Assembly: GCA_002789015.1 (NCBI GenBank)
Contig: PFSJ01000018.1
Span: 1-57,609, forward strand
Source of the DNA: a candidate division WWE3 bacterium CG_4_9_14_0_2_um_filter_35_11
Lineage (GTDB): Bacteria > Patescibacteriota > WWE3 > 2-01-FULL-39-13
Reading direction: 5' to 3'
Length of the DNA stretch: 57,609 nt
The notes beneath the pieces are model-generated. The model saw nothing but the letters and a program-made list of their open reading frames with translations, was not told the origin of the DNA and searched no databases. A program made the translations under genes and the position numbers. This document shows positions 19,404 to 28,750 of the stretch, one piece after another. Positions within the stretch are counted from its first letter, which is position 1, and every line of letters starts with the position of its first letter.

Positions 19404-20636
19404 ATGTCCTTAATTAAAAACAGAATCTTTAAAAACCGAGGGATATTGTTTTATGGCACATCAATTTTATTTGCACTTTTGATATCTTTTTCATTACCCT
19501 TTGCTTTTGGATATAAGGAAGTTGATGCTTCAAAAGAGTCTGACCTTCAAGCCGAATTCGATAGACTTACAAAGGCGCTTGAAATTACAAAAAACAAAGG
19601 TGTCTCATTACAGAGAGAAAAAGAAATAATTGAAGGTGACATCGCATTAAAGAATATCCAAATCAGGCAGGCTAATTATCAGATTGAACAAAAGCAAGAA
19701 GAACTAAAATTGCTTCAGGAAGACATTGATCTATTGGAGATTAGATTATCTCGATTGGGTGAAACAATTGATTATCATAAAGGACTTTTAGCGAAAAGGA
19801 TTAAGCGTGAATATATCGAGCATCGATATACAACATTTGAACTCTTAATTAGTTCAGATAGTCTAAGTGATTTTATGGCTAGAATTAAATATATACAAAA
19901 AGTAGAAGCAGAAGATAAAGAGCTTTTGGATAAAATGAATTCAACAAAAGATAATTATGAAATCGAGCAGGAAGTTTTAGCGGATAAAAAACAGCAAGTT
20001 ATTGAAATTAAAAAACAAATTGAAGGTCAAAGGGCTCAAGCTGAAAGTTTTAGAGCTTCACTTGAACAACAAAAGCAAGCAAAAGATAGTCTTATTGCTA
20101 TAACGAAAAACGATGAGAAGAAATATCAAGAATTATTAAGACAGGCGAAGGCAGAGTTAGAAGCAATTCAAAATATTGTTAATAGCATTAATTTTAAGGA
20201 TGGAAAAGAGATCAAGGAAGGAGAACTAATTGCCATTATGGGCAATTCTGGTTATCCCAATTGTTCGTCAGGTGCTCATTTGCATTTTGAAGTCAGAAAA
20301 AACGGTGTTGTTGTTGATCCAGCGAAGTACTTAACGTCTAAGAATTTGTATGTATACGATTATAGCTCTGGCAATAAATCGATAGGATCTGGTGATTGGT
20401 CTTGGCCGATGAAGGATCCTACCATCAACCAACGTTATGGGAAGACTCCTTGGTCTTGGCGGTATGCTAGTGGTAAACATGATGGATTGGACATGGGGTC
20501 TTCTGACACATATATATATGCACCAGGAGATGGTGTTTTAGCTAAAGGTACTATGAAATGTGGCGGTCCAGTGATTAAGTATGTTGCTATAAATCATGGT
20601 GATGGTATCGTCAGCTATTATCTACACGTAAAATAG
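19404..20636 (+). CDS. coiled-coil M23 (LytM-type) peptidoglycan metalloendopeptidase, EnvC/PcsB-position partner of FtsEX
   Basis: N-terminal TM/signal, about 230 aa of heptad-rich coiled coil, then SSGAHLHFEVRKNG (HxH), followed later by GKHDGLDMG (HxxxD) and YYLHV. Confidence 0.8.
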   Translation: MSLIKNRIFKNRGILFYGTSILFALLISFSLPFAFGYKEVDASKESDLQAEFDRLTKALEITKNKGVSLQREKEIIEGDIALKNIQIRQANYQIEQKQEELKLLQEDIDLLEIRLSRLGETIDYHKGLLAKRIKREYIEHRYTTFELLISSDSLSDFMARIKYIQKVEAEDKELLDKMNSTKDNYEIEQEVLADKKQQVIEIKKQIEGQRAQAESFRASLEQQKQAKDSLIAITKNDEKKYQELLRQAKAELEAIQNIVNSINFKDGKEIKEGELIAIMGNSGYPNCSSGAHLHFEVRKNGVVVDPAKYLTSKNLYVYDYSSGNKSIGSGDWSWPMKDPTINQRYGKTPWSWRYASGKHDGLDMGSSDTYIYAPGDGVLAKGTMKCGGPVIKYVAINHGDGIVSYYLHVK

Positions 20637-20730
20637 GTTAGTCCCACAACTATTTTCTAGTGGTATTACCTTTCTACGAAAAAATGTTTTTATACTTGCA
20701 TTTGAAATAAGTCTTAATTGGGAATAGTAT

Positions 20731-21039
20731 TTGTTAAATATGAAATTATTCGAAGATGCTTTTGTTTTGGTACATATTAGGATTTCTAGTTGTAAAATTT
20801 TTGGTGTAAGTGCACGACTTTTTTTGACAGGAAGCGCCGTTTTTTTCATACTTGCAAATGCAGTTCAAATGTATCTATCGACATCAGCAGGTGGAATAAG
20901 TTGGGGGTCTTTTGTTGAAGCTGCTTTGTTCACAGTAATTACAATTTACGCAACTCTAATATGGATGATATCTTGGCCAAAAGCTAATAAGATGTTGAAC
21001 AAAGCAGTCGAATATGAAAAATCCCATAAGCATTCATAA
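20731..21039 (+). CDS. hypothetical small membrane protein
   Basis: Two predicted TM helices and no recognisable motif. The start is uncertain (ATG also at 20740). Confidence 0.35.
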   Translation: MLNMKLFEDAFVLVHIRISSCKIFGVSARLFLTGSAVFFILANAVQMYLSTSAGGISWGSFVEAALFTVITIYATLIWMISWPKANKMLNKAVEYEKSHKHS

Positions 21040-21042
21040 ATT

Positions 21043-21882
21043 ATGTTTCACAAGACTTTAGTAACATACGTTTTTTTTATACTTTCTATAATATTTATCA
21101 ATTTTGTTTTGGTCCTTAAAGTGCCAGATATTTTAGGATATGCAACGGATGTGAAAGTCAATGATTTATTATTTTATACAAATGACCTCCGCGAAAAAAA
21201 AGGCCTAGCGGATCTTACTTTGAATGAAACTTTGTCAAAGGCCGCGAACGCAAAGGCAAATGATATGTTCAAAGAAGATTATTGGGCACACACTTCGCCA
21301 AGCGGAAAGGAGCCTTGGGATTTTATAATCGGAACTGGATATGATTATATCTACGCTGGTGAAAACTTAGCTGTAGATTTTTCCAAATCAAAAGACGTTG
21401 TTGTCGCTTGGAATAATTCCCCATCACACAGAGATAATTTATTGAGTCCTAAATATAATGAAATTGGATTTGCTGTTGTAAATGGTGAACTACAAGGCCG
21501 AAAAACAACTTTGGTTGTTCAGATGTTTGGATACCAAAGAGGGAAAGCTCAATTAGCAACGACTCCTCCTGCAACGAGTAAAACTCGTGATGTTAAATCA
21601 GCGAATACTCAAGCGGCGGTGCCTATTCCAGAAGTTAAGGAAGTTCCAGAGGCAATTCCAGCTGTTATCGGGTCAGTTTTAAGTTCTGCAACTGTAATGA
21701 GCGCATCAAAATATATTGCACTCGCACTCGGCCTTTTTATTTCAATATTTATGTCAATCGATTGGTTATACGTTAAAAGAACTGGAATCATAAAAGTTTC
21801 CGGACATACATTTTTTCATATTTTGTTGCTTTTGTTTGCGGTTGCAGGTATTTGGTACACGAATATTGGTTTAGTGTTATGA
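21043..21882 (+). CDS. CAP/SCP/PR-1-like domain protein with N- and C-terminal TM segments
   Basis: YWAHTSPSGKEPWDFI, GENLA, WNNSPSHRDNLLSPKYNEIGFAV. A Pro/Thr/Ala-rich linker leads to two C-terminal TMs. Confidence 0.75.
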   Translation: MFHKTLVTYVFFILSIIFINFVLVLKVPDILGYATDVKVNDLLFYTNDLREKKGLADLTLNETLSKAANAKANDMFKEDYWAHTSPSGKEPWDFIIGTGYDYIYAGENLAVDFSKSKDVVVAWNNSPSHRDNLLSPKYNEIGFAVVNGELQGRKTTLVVQMFGYQRGKAQLATTPPATSKTRDVKSANTQAAVPIPEVKEVPEAIPAVIGSVLSSATVMSASKYIALALGLFISIFMSIDWLYVKRTGIIKVSGHTFFHILLLLFAVAGIWYTNIGLVL

Positions 21883-21889
21883 TTTTTAT

Positions 21890-22165
21890 ATGAAAAGTAA
21901 GCATCATATTATTATAATTTCTATACAGTATGTTGTTTTGATTTTGGCTATGTTTGTAGCATCTTTGCTTTTCCAAAAAACTGCAGATAATTTTAGCCGA
22001 TTTTATATTTTATTAATTTTATCTTTGCTTTATATTTTGTGGGGCGTTTGGCATCATGGATTCACCGAAAGACTTGATAAATTAATTTTGTTGGAGTATT
22101 CATTAGTCTCTGCTATTGTGATACTGTTATCTGCGTTGGGCCTTGGAATCATAAGGTTTTTCTAG
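21890..22165 (+). CDS. hypothetical small membrane protein
   Basis: 91 aa with three hydrophobic helices. Confidence 0.3.
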   Translation: MKSKHHIIIISIQYVVLILAMFVASLLFQKTADNFSRFYILLILSLLYILWGVWHHGFTERLDKLILLEYSLVSAIVILLSALGLGIIRFF

Positions 22166-22180
22166 TGCCTACATAATAAA

Positions 22181-23362
22181 ATGAAATTTGTCGTAGTTAT
22201 TCCTACTTATAACGAAAAAGAAAATATTAAAAGAACTATTAACGCTTTGCAGTCTTCGTTTAAATCGATTCTGGGTCATGAAATGCATATACTTGTTACT
22301 GATGCGAATTCTCCAGATAAGACAGCAGATGAAGTTCGTGATTTAATAAAACAAGATTCTAATATTCACCTTATTGTTGAAAAGGAAAAAAGAGGTTTGG
22401 GCGTTGCTTATTCTGGTGCTATGAATTATGCATTTGATGTTATTAAAGCTGATTCTGTGATCACTTTTGATGCTGATCTTTCACACGATGCAAAAAAGAT
22501 TCCTGAGTTTGTAAAAGCGATAGAAGATGGAGCTGATTTCGTGTGTGGAACAAGGTATAAAAAAGGTGGAGGCATTCCGCCAGAATGGGGAATACACAGG
22601 AAACTTTTGAGTAGGATTGGAAATCTTTATGCAAAAGTTTTATATCTCGAAAGCGGAGTTACAGATTTTACATCTGGATATAAAGGTTTTACAAAAAAAG
22701 TTTATCAGAAAATTAGAGATAAGATTTCAGTACACGGTGGATATACTTTTGCAATTTCCACTAATATAGAGCCAATTCGAGAAGGGTTTTCTGTTTCTGA
22801 AATTCCATATCATTTCGTGGATCGTGTAAAAGGGAAATCCAAAATGAAATCAGAATATTTTTTTAATGCATTTTTGTTTGTTACGAAAATAAGAATCTTG
22901 GACTTTTTTGCGTCTAGGTTCGGAAAAGTTTTTGTAGCAGGTGGTGTTGGCGCAGTTTTGCAACTTGTTACATATGGAGTAGTTTTTCATCCAGTGATAG
23001 AGTTTTCAAACGTATTTAATTTAGCATTTGATTCGTTTTTATTTGGTGTAAAAATTCATCCAAGATTTTTATTATCACAGTTTCTAGCAATTGAGGTAGG
23101 TGTTGCTTCTTCTTATTTGGCAAATAATTACTGGGCTTTTTCAGACAAGAAAAGGTCTGGTTTTAAATTGTTCACTGGTTTTTTTAAGAACAATACAATT
23201 ATCGCAGGTGCAATATTGATACAGCTTGTAATTGGTCAGTCTTTAGCGTTTTTATTTGGATCAGGCATTTTAAGAAACTATGTGTATCAAGTTGTTGGCA
23301 TTTTAGTCGGGCTTTTTTGGAATTTTCATTTCTATAAAAAAGTTATTTGGAAGTCAAAATAA
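22181..23362 (+). CDS. GT2 polyprenol-phosphate mannosyl/glycosyltransferase (DPM1/Ppm1-like) fused to a GtrA-like 4-TM domain
   Basis: VVIPTYNEKENI, TDANSPDKT, FDADLSHD, GTRY. The C-terminal 150 aa has GtrA-like helices (VFVAGGVGAVLQLVTYGV ... NNYWAF). Confidence 0.85.
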   Translation: MKFVVVIPTYNEKENIKRTINALQSSFKSILGHEMHILVTDANSPDKTADEVRDLIKQDSNIHLIVEKEKRGLGVAYSGAMNYAFDVIKADSVITFDADLSHDAKKIPEFVKAIEDGADFVCGTRYKKGGGIPPEWGIHRKLLSRIGNLYAKVLYLESGVTDFTSGYKGFTKKVYQKIRDKISVHGGYTFAISTNIEPIREGFSVSEIPYHFVDRVKGKSKMKSEYFFNAFLFVTKIRILDFFASRFGKVFVAGGVGAVLQLVTYGVVFHPVIEFSNVFNLAFDSFLFGVKIHPRFLLSQFLAIEVGVASSYLANNYWAFSDKKRSGFKLFTGFFKNNTIIAGAILIQLVIGQSLAFLFGSGILRNYVYQVVGILVGLFWNFHFYKKVIWKSK

Positions 23363-23364
23363 TA

Positions 23365-24126
23365 ATGAAGCAAACTTACATTTCGATTGTCATGCCTGCA
23401 TATAATGAAGAGCAGAGAATTAGTAAGTGCTTACTTTCTATAAATGAATTCATGAAGACGCAAGATTATGAATATGAAGTAATTGTTTCAGACGATGGAT
23501 CTACAGATAAAACTATAGCAATTGTTGAGGAATTTATGCATGAATGGAAATCACTAAAGATTATAAAGAATAAGCACAAAGGGAAAGCACCTGCAATTAT
23601 TTCCGGTGTTTATGCATCTAACTCTAAATTTACTTTGCTTACAGATGTTGATTTGTCTGTTCCTATTAATGAGCTTCCAAAACTTTTAAACTGGGTTGAC
23701 GAGAAGGGTTTTGATGCTGCGATAGCAAGCAGAGAAGGAGTAGGTGCAAAAAGAATTAATGAGCCACTTTCAAGGCATATTATGGGAAGGGTTTTTAATC
23801 TTTTAGTTCAATCCCTTGTTTTACCTGGAGTTAATGATACTCAATGTGGTTTTAAACTTTTTAGTTCTGATGTTATTAAGACTGTTTTTAAACATACGAT
23901 TTTATATGGTGTTGATGATGAAGAAATAAAGGGTGCAAAAGTTTCTGCATTTGATGTGGAATTGTTGTACGTCGCAAAGCTTCTTGGATACAAAATAAAA
24001 GAAGTTCCCGTAACTTGGACGTATAAAGACAAAAGTAAAGTTCATAATTTAAAAGATTCATATTATAATGCGAAAGATGTAGTCAGAGTTCGTTTAAATA
24101 GTTTGAAAGGTTTATATAAAAAATGA
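23365..24126 (+). CDS. GT2 polyprenol-phosphate glucosyltransferase-like (ALG5/DPG-synthase-like)
   Basis: ISIVMPAYNEEQRI, SDDGSTDKT, TDVDLS, DTQCGFKLF. I prefer the ATG at 23365 to the track start at 23347. Confidence 0.8.
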   Translation: MKQTYISIVMPAYNEEQRISKCLLSINEFMKTQDYEYEVIVSDDGSTDKTIAIVEEFMHEWKSLKIIKNKHKGKAPAIISGVYASNSKFTLLTDVDLSVPINELPKLLNWVDEKGFDAAIASREGVGAKRINEPLSRHIMGRVFNLLVQSLVLPGVNDTQCGFKLFSSDVIKTVFKHTILYGVDDEEIKGAKVSAFDVELLYVAKLLGYKIKEVPVTWTYKDKSKVHNLKDSYYNAKDVVRVRLNSLKGLYKK

Positions 24127-25439
24127 AAATCACTTTAATTGGAACGGGATACGTAGGCCTAGTATCTGGAGCAGTTTTTGCAGATTGGGGACATGAAGTT
24201 GTTTGTCTTGATATAGATCAAAAAAAGGTAGACAAGATTAAAGACGGAATAATGCCAATATACGAAGAAGGATTGGAGGAATTAGTTAAACGTGTCCAAG
24301 CAGAAGGCAAATTTGTCGCTACAACTGATTATGAAATGGCAGTTAATCATGGTGAGCTTATTTTTATTTGTGTTGGAACTCCAAGCAACGAATCGGGTGC
24401 TGCTGATTTGAGCTATGTTTTTTCAGCTGCTGAATCAATTGGAAAATACATGAAGGAAGGCGAATACAAAGTTGTAATAACAAAAAGCACAGTTCCTGTA
24501 AAAACTAGTGAAAAGGTTAGTGAACATATTAAAGTTGGAGCTGGTTCAAAAAAGGTTGATTACGATGTTGCATCAAATCCTGAATTTTTAAGAGAAGGAA
24601 CTTCTATTTTTGATGCGAATAATGCAGATCGTGTTGTTATTGGTTCAGGTTCTGAAAAAGCGTTGAATCTACTTGAGTCTTTATATGCTGGCTTAAATAC
24701 AACTATTGTTAAAACTGATCTTGCAAGCTCAGAACTTATTAAATATGCAGCTAATGCATTTTTAGCAACAAAGATTTCTTTTATAAATGAGATTTCTCAA
24801 ATTTGCGAAAGAACCGGAGCTGATGTTAAATCCGTTGCAATCGGTATGGGTTTAGATAATAGAATTGGGCCAAAATTTTTAAATGCTGGAATTGGGTATG
24901 GTGGATCTTGTTTTCCAAAAGATGTAGAAGCTTTGTATAGGACAAGTAGTCAAAATTTGTATGACTTTAGACTTTTGCGTGGAGTTATGGATGCAAACGA
25001 GAGACAGAAAATTTATTTTATGAATAAAATTTGGGATAAATATGGAACTAATCTTTCAAAATATACATTTGGAATTTTAGGCGCCGCGTTCAAAAACGAT
25101 ACCGATGATACAAGAAAATCAGTTGCAATAGAAATAATTAAGATCCTCCGCGGCGCCGGAGCTAAAATGAAATTGTTTGATCCAGCCGCAATGGAAAATG
25201 CAAAAAAAGAGTTAGGCAATGATTACATTACATACATGGAATCAGCTGAAAATTCTTTTGAAGCAGTAGACGCTATAATAATTTTAACCGAGTGGAAAGA
25301 ATTTGCGTCTTTGGATTACGAAAAGCTTTCTTCAAAAATGAAGGGAAAAGTAGTTTTTGATGGAAGAAATTTGCTTGATCCAAAAGAAATGAAAAAACTT
25401 GGATACGAATATTTCGGTATCGGAAGACATAAAGTTTAA
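24123..25439 (+). CDS. ugd: UDP-glucose 6-dehydrogenase
   Basis: GTGYVGLVSG Rossmann motif, NPEFLREGT, GYGGSCFPKD (catalytic Cys). 438 aa. Confidence 0.92.
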   Translation: MKITLIGTGYVGLVSGAVFADWGHEVVCLDIDQKKVDKIKDGIMPIYEEGLEELVKRVQAEGKFVATTDYEMAVNHGELIFICVGTPSNESGAADLSYVFSAAESIGKYMKEGEYKVVITKSTVPVKTSEKVSEHIKVGAGSKKVDYDVASNPEFLREGTSIFDANNADRVVIGSGSEKALNLLESLYAGLNTTIVKTDLASSELIKYAANAFLATKISFINEISQICERTGADVKSVAIGMGLDNRIGPKFLNAGIGYGGSCFPKDVEALYRTSSQNLYDFRLLRGVMDANERQKIYFMNKIWDKYGTNLSKYTFGILGAAFKNDTDDTRKSVAIEIIKILRGAGAKMKLFDPAAMENAKKELGNDYITYMESAENSFEAVDAIIILTEWKEFASLDYEKLSSKMKGKVVFDGRNLLDPKEMKKLGYEYFGIGRHKV

Positions 25440-25446
25440 AAAAAAT

Positions 25447-26439
25447 ATGAAAATTTTAGTAACCGGAGGTGCAGGCTATATCGGATCGCATACGGTTTTG
25501 GAGCTTTTAAATGCAGGACATGATGTAGTGGTTTTTGATTCTTTGGAAAAGTCGACTTTAAAAAACCTCGATGAGATCAAAATAATGACAGGAAAGAATA
25601 TTTCTTTTATGAAAGGAGATCTTCTTTCATATGATTTAGCTTCGCTTCTTAAGGAGCAATCTCCAAATGCCATCATTCACTTCGCAGGTTATAAAAATGC
25701 AGGAGAGTCGGTTAAGGAGCCTTCCAAGTATCACAGGACAAACGTTTATGGGACTTTTTTACTCTTAGAGGCGATGAGGGAAACTAACGTCAATAAGATT
25801 GTTTTTTCTTCGTCATGTTCGATTTTTGGAAATCCTGAAAAATTACCTATTTCAGAAGACTTACTTCCAAATCCAATTAGTGCATATGGAAAAAGCAAAT
25901 TAATGGTTGAATATATGCTAAAGGATTATGAAATTGCATATGGAATTTCATCAGTAGCTCTAAGATATTTTAATGCAGCGGGTGCGCATGAATCCGGCAA
26001 AATCGGTGAAGAAGTAAAAGCAACTGGAAATATTATTCCTTTGATTATGGAAAACCTTCTTGGTCATAGATCTGGTTTTACTTTATTTGGAGATAAATTT
26101 AATACACCCGATGGAACACAAGAAAGAGACTATGTTCACGTAATGGATTTAGCAAATGGGCATTTGAAGGCATTAGAAAAATTAGAGTACTCCGAAGGAT
26201 TTTTCTTTTACAATCTTGGTACGGGAACTCCTTCAAGTAACAAAAAGTTAATTGAGCTATCAGAAAATATTTCTGGCAAAAAACTTGCATATGAGATTTC
26301 AGGGCCAAGAGCGGGAGATCCTGATTTTGTTTATGCAGATCCTAAAAAAGCAAATACAGAATTAGGTTGGACGCCAAAATATTCAATTGAAGAAATCATA
26401 AAGGCGGCTTGGAATTGGCATTCGAAGAATCTTTCTTAA
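25447..26439 (+). CDS. galE: UDP-glucose 4-epimerase
   Basis: MKILVTGGAGYIGSH, SSSCSIFG, YGKSK (YxxxK), DYVHVMDLA. The ATG at 25447 gives the canonical N-terminus. Confidence 0.92.
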   Translation: MKILVTGGAGYIGSHTVLELLNAGHDVVVFDSLEKSTLKNLDEIKIMTGKNISFMKGDLLSYDLASLLKEQSPNAIIHFAGYKNAGESVKEPSKYHRTNVYGTFLLLEAMRETNVNKIVFSSSCSIFGNPEKLPISEDLLPNPISAYGKSKLMVEYMLKDYEIAYGISSVALRYFNAAGAHESGKIGEEVKATGNIIPLIMENLLGHRSGFTLFGDKFNTPDGTQERDYVHVMDLANGHLKALEKLEYSEGFFFYNLGTGTPSSNKKLIELSENISGKKLAYEISGPRAGDPDFVYADPKKANTELGWTPKYSIEEIIKAAWNWHSKNLS

Positions 26440-26788
26440 TTCCTTTTGTAATTATCGCCAAGAATACACTTCCCCAACCGACGATAAAAAATCCAAGAGG
26501 TAGTAGTTTTTGAAATGTATGAACAAGTATTGATCTAAATCCTGCATCTTCATTTTCAAGGGATAAAGATTCTAATGTTTGGTTTTGAAGTCCTTCTATT
26601 ATATGTTTGTCGTATTCAAATCCAACTAAAAGTGTCAAAAATCCAACTAACAATAGGGTTGCAAATCTAGAAGGTTTATATAGCAAAAGTCCAAGTGCAA
26701 TTAATGCCCCAATAAAAAATGCGATTGCATATTGATTGTGCGCGAATGTTAAAAAAGCTGTGTTAAAAAGACTTTGTTTTAATCCCAT
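26396..26788 (-). CDS. hypothetical small membrane protein
   Basis: 130 aa with about 4 TM. Its 3' end overlaps galE by 44 nt in convergent orientation. Confidence 0.35.
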   Translation of the reverse strand: MGLKQSLFNTAFLTFAHNQYAIAFFIGALIALGLLLYKPSRFATLLLVGFLTLLVGFEYDKHIIEGLQNQTLESLSLENEDAGFRSILVHTFQKLLPLGFFIVGWGSVFLAIITKGIKKDSSNANSKPPL

Positions 26789-26812
26789 GAATTTAGTTTA
26801 ACATTAATGCAA

Positions 26813-28606
26813 TTATATTTTTTTGAGTTTTCGAGCGAGCATTTCTGTTTCTAATAGAAGATCTTGGATTTCTTCGATGCCTTTTTGCCAAAAGTCTTTT
26901 TTGGAAATATCAATTCCTAAATCCATAAATATATCTTGAGGTGATTTGGAAGTTCCCGCTGACATGAAGATTTTCACTTTGCTTATATAGGAATTATCAC
27001 TTTTCACTTGGTTTTGAAGAGATTTTGAAATTAAAAGGCCACTTGCATATGAATACACGTAGAAAAATGATCTAATGTGGCTCCAATATACCCACCAGTT
27101 TTCAGATCCTTTCATCTTTTTCACATAACTTCCCATGTAAGATTTCATATGTTTTGAAAAAATTTCGCCAATTTTTTCTTTTGGTAAATATCCATCTTTT
27201 CTAAATTGTAAGTGGAGTTCCTGCTCGAATTTATAACATGCAACTTGTCTAAAAATTGTGCTTACGTCATCGTTTAGTTTCATCATCATTAAAGAAAGCT
27301 TTGTCCCGTCATCACACGATTTAAGAAGTTCATCTGTGACAAAGTCTTCCATGAATGTGCTTGCGACTTCAGCAGTTGAAAGAGGAGTTCCAAAATTCAA
27401 ACCATTTTGTGATTTTTTTATTAACTCGTTATTTATTCCGTGGCCTAATTCATGCGCAAGGGTTAATACGTCTTGCAATTTGTTGTCGTGATTAAGAAGT
27501 ACAAATGTCGGTTGATTAATTGTTCCGTGTATGCAAAAAGCACCACTATGTTTTCCCTTATTCGGAAATACATCAATATTTCCATCTTCTAAAAATTTAT
27601 TAAAGATTTCTGAAAACTCTGTATCTAAATTATTAAATGTGGTTTTTACAAGTTCGACTGAATTTTCAAATGTATATTCTTTTTGGAATTCTCCATATGG
27701 AACATTTCTCTCGTAATATTCAAGTTTTTTTTGTGAAAATAGTTTTGCTTTTAACTTGTAGTAATCTTTTGATATTTGGAAATTATCTGAAACAGATTTA
27801 ATCATTACATCTACAACTTCACTTGAAATGTCATCGCTAATGTGTCTGGCTAAATCCGGTCTATCAATTTTTCTAAGTTCATCATTAATTTTTTTATCTT
27901 GCAAAATAGAATTAAATTCATGTTCTGCAATTTCTGCATATTTGCTTTGAATTTTATTAAATGCTTTTGCGGAATCTTTTCTTACATCTTTATTGACGCT
28001 GTTCATTTGGCTTGATATTTCAGAAATGTTTTTTTTAATTTTCTTTTTAGTTTTTTCATCCAAAACAATTGCTTCCTCTTTTGACAAAAATTCTGACGTC
28101 ATCTTTACCCAGTTAGAATGTGATGTTTGTGATTTTAAATTCAAAATTTTTTCTTCTGGTTCAGAAAGTAAATATTTAGCTTCAACAAAAAGACTTTCTA
28201 AAAAATGTTTATATGGTGATAACAATTTTGATTCCAGAAATGTTTTTTGAACTTCTTTTGAAATCTTTGCGATTCGCATAGTGAAAAACTGCATATCGTT
28301 TGAAATTTTTGTTTCGAAATCCGTGATTTGGTTAATCTTTGCTTTAACATTTGAATCTGTCTCATCAAGTGCTGATTTTAAAGAAAAATAATATCCAACA
28401 TTGTTTTCGCCATAATTATTTTGCCAATTTTCAAAATCTATTAATGCTTTATATAAAACTTCTGGATTTGTAAGATACTCGGTGCTTCCTTCCCATTTTG
28501 AGATGAATGCGTTTGTCGCCTTTCGAAGATCTTTAAGTTGTTTTGAAATTAGTTCGTCATTTTCTGAATCCAATAATTGTTTTAAGTTCCATGAAGTTTG
28601 ATACAT
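26813..28606 (-). CDS. pepF: M3B oligoendopeptidase F-like zinc peptidase
   Basis: HELGHG zinc motif followed by TAEVASTFMED, about 600 aa. The likely start is MYQTSWNL (28606) rather than the track start at 28720. Confidence 0.8.
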   Translation of the reverse strand: MYQTSWNLKQLLDSENDELISKQLKDLRKATNAFISKWEGSTEYLTNPEVLYKALIDFENWQNNYGENNVGYYFSLKSALDETDSNVKAKINQITDFETKISNDMQFFTMRIAKISKEVQKTFLESKLLSPYKHFLESLFVEAKYLLSEPEEKILNLKSQTSHSNWVKMTSEFLSKEEAIVLDEKTKKKIKKNISEISSQMNSVNKDVRKDSAKAFNKIQSKYAEIAEHEFNSILQDKKINDELRKIDRPDLARHISDDISSEVVDVMIKSVSDNFQISKDYYKLKAKLFSQKKLEYYERNVPYGEFQKEYTFENSVELVKTTFNNLDTEFSEIFNKFLEDGNIDVFPNKGKHSGAFCIHGTINQPTFVLLNHDNKLQDVLTLAHELGHGINNELIKKSQNGLNFGTPLSTAEVASTFMEDFVTDELLKSCDDGTKLSLMMMKLNDDVSTIFRQVACYKFEQELHLQFRKDGYLPKEKIGEIFSKHMKSYMGSYVKKMKGSENWWVYWSHIRSFFYVYSYASGLLISKSLQNQVKSDNSYISKVKIFMSAGTSKSPQDIFMDLGIDISKKDFWQKGIEEIQDLLLETEMLARKLKKI

Positions 28607-28750
28607 GATGTTATCCATTGTATCAACAAATACTATATAATGATCCACATGAATGTTTTGCATGTAATTAAAAATGGTGAAGACGCAGACTACAATCTTC
28701 AAAAGCTTGTTAATATCCAAACGAAATCTTTAAAATACAATATTTCCGTT

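Noticed and set aside
25149-25164. GC-rich CTCCG-cggcgc-CGGAG in ugd. Similar short GC palindromes include TAGGCCTA at 24164 and AAGGCCTT at 44565.
   Set aside because: The stems are only 4-5 bp. They are explained by Gly/Ala/Arg-rich conserved peptides (RGAGA) or by chance.
28618-28641. TTGTAT ... TATAAT promoter-like pair in the pepF/GT4 divergent region.
   Set aside because: The spacer is only 12 nt, and no properly spaced -35 element is visible. In this AT-rich DNA, TATAAT-like hexamers are common.
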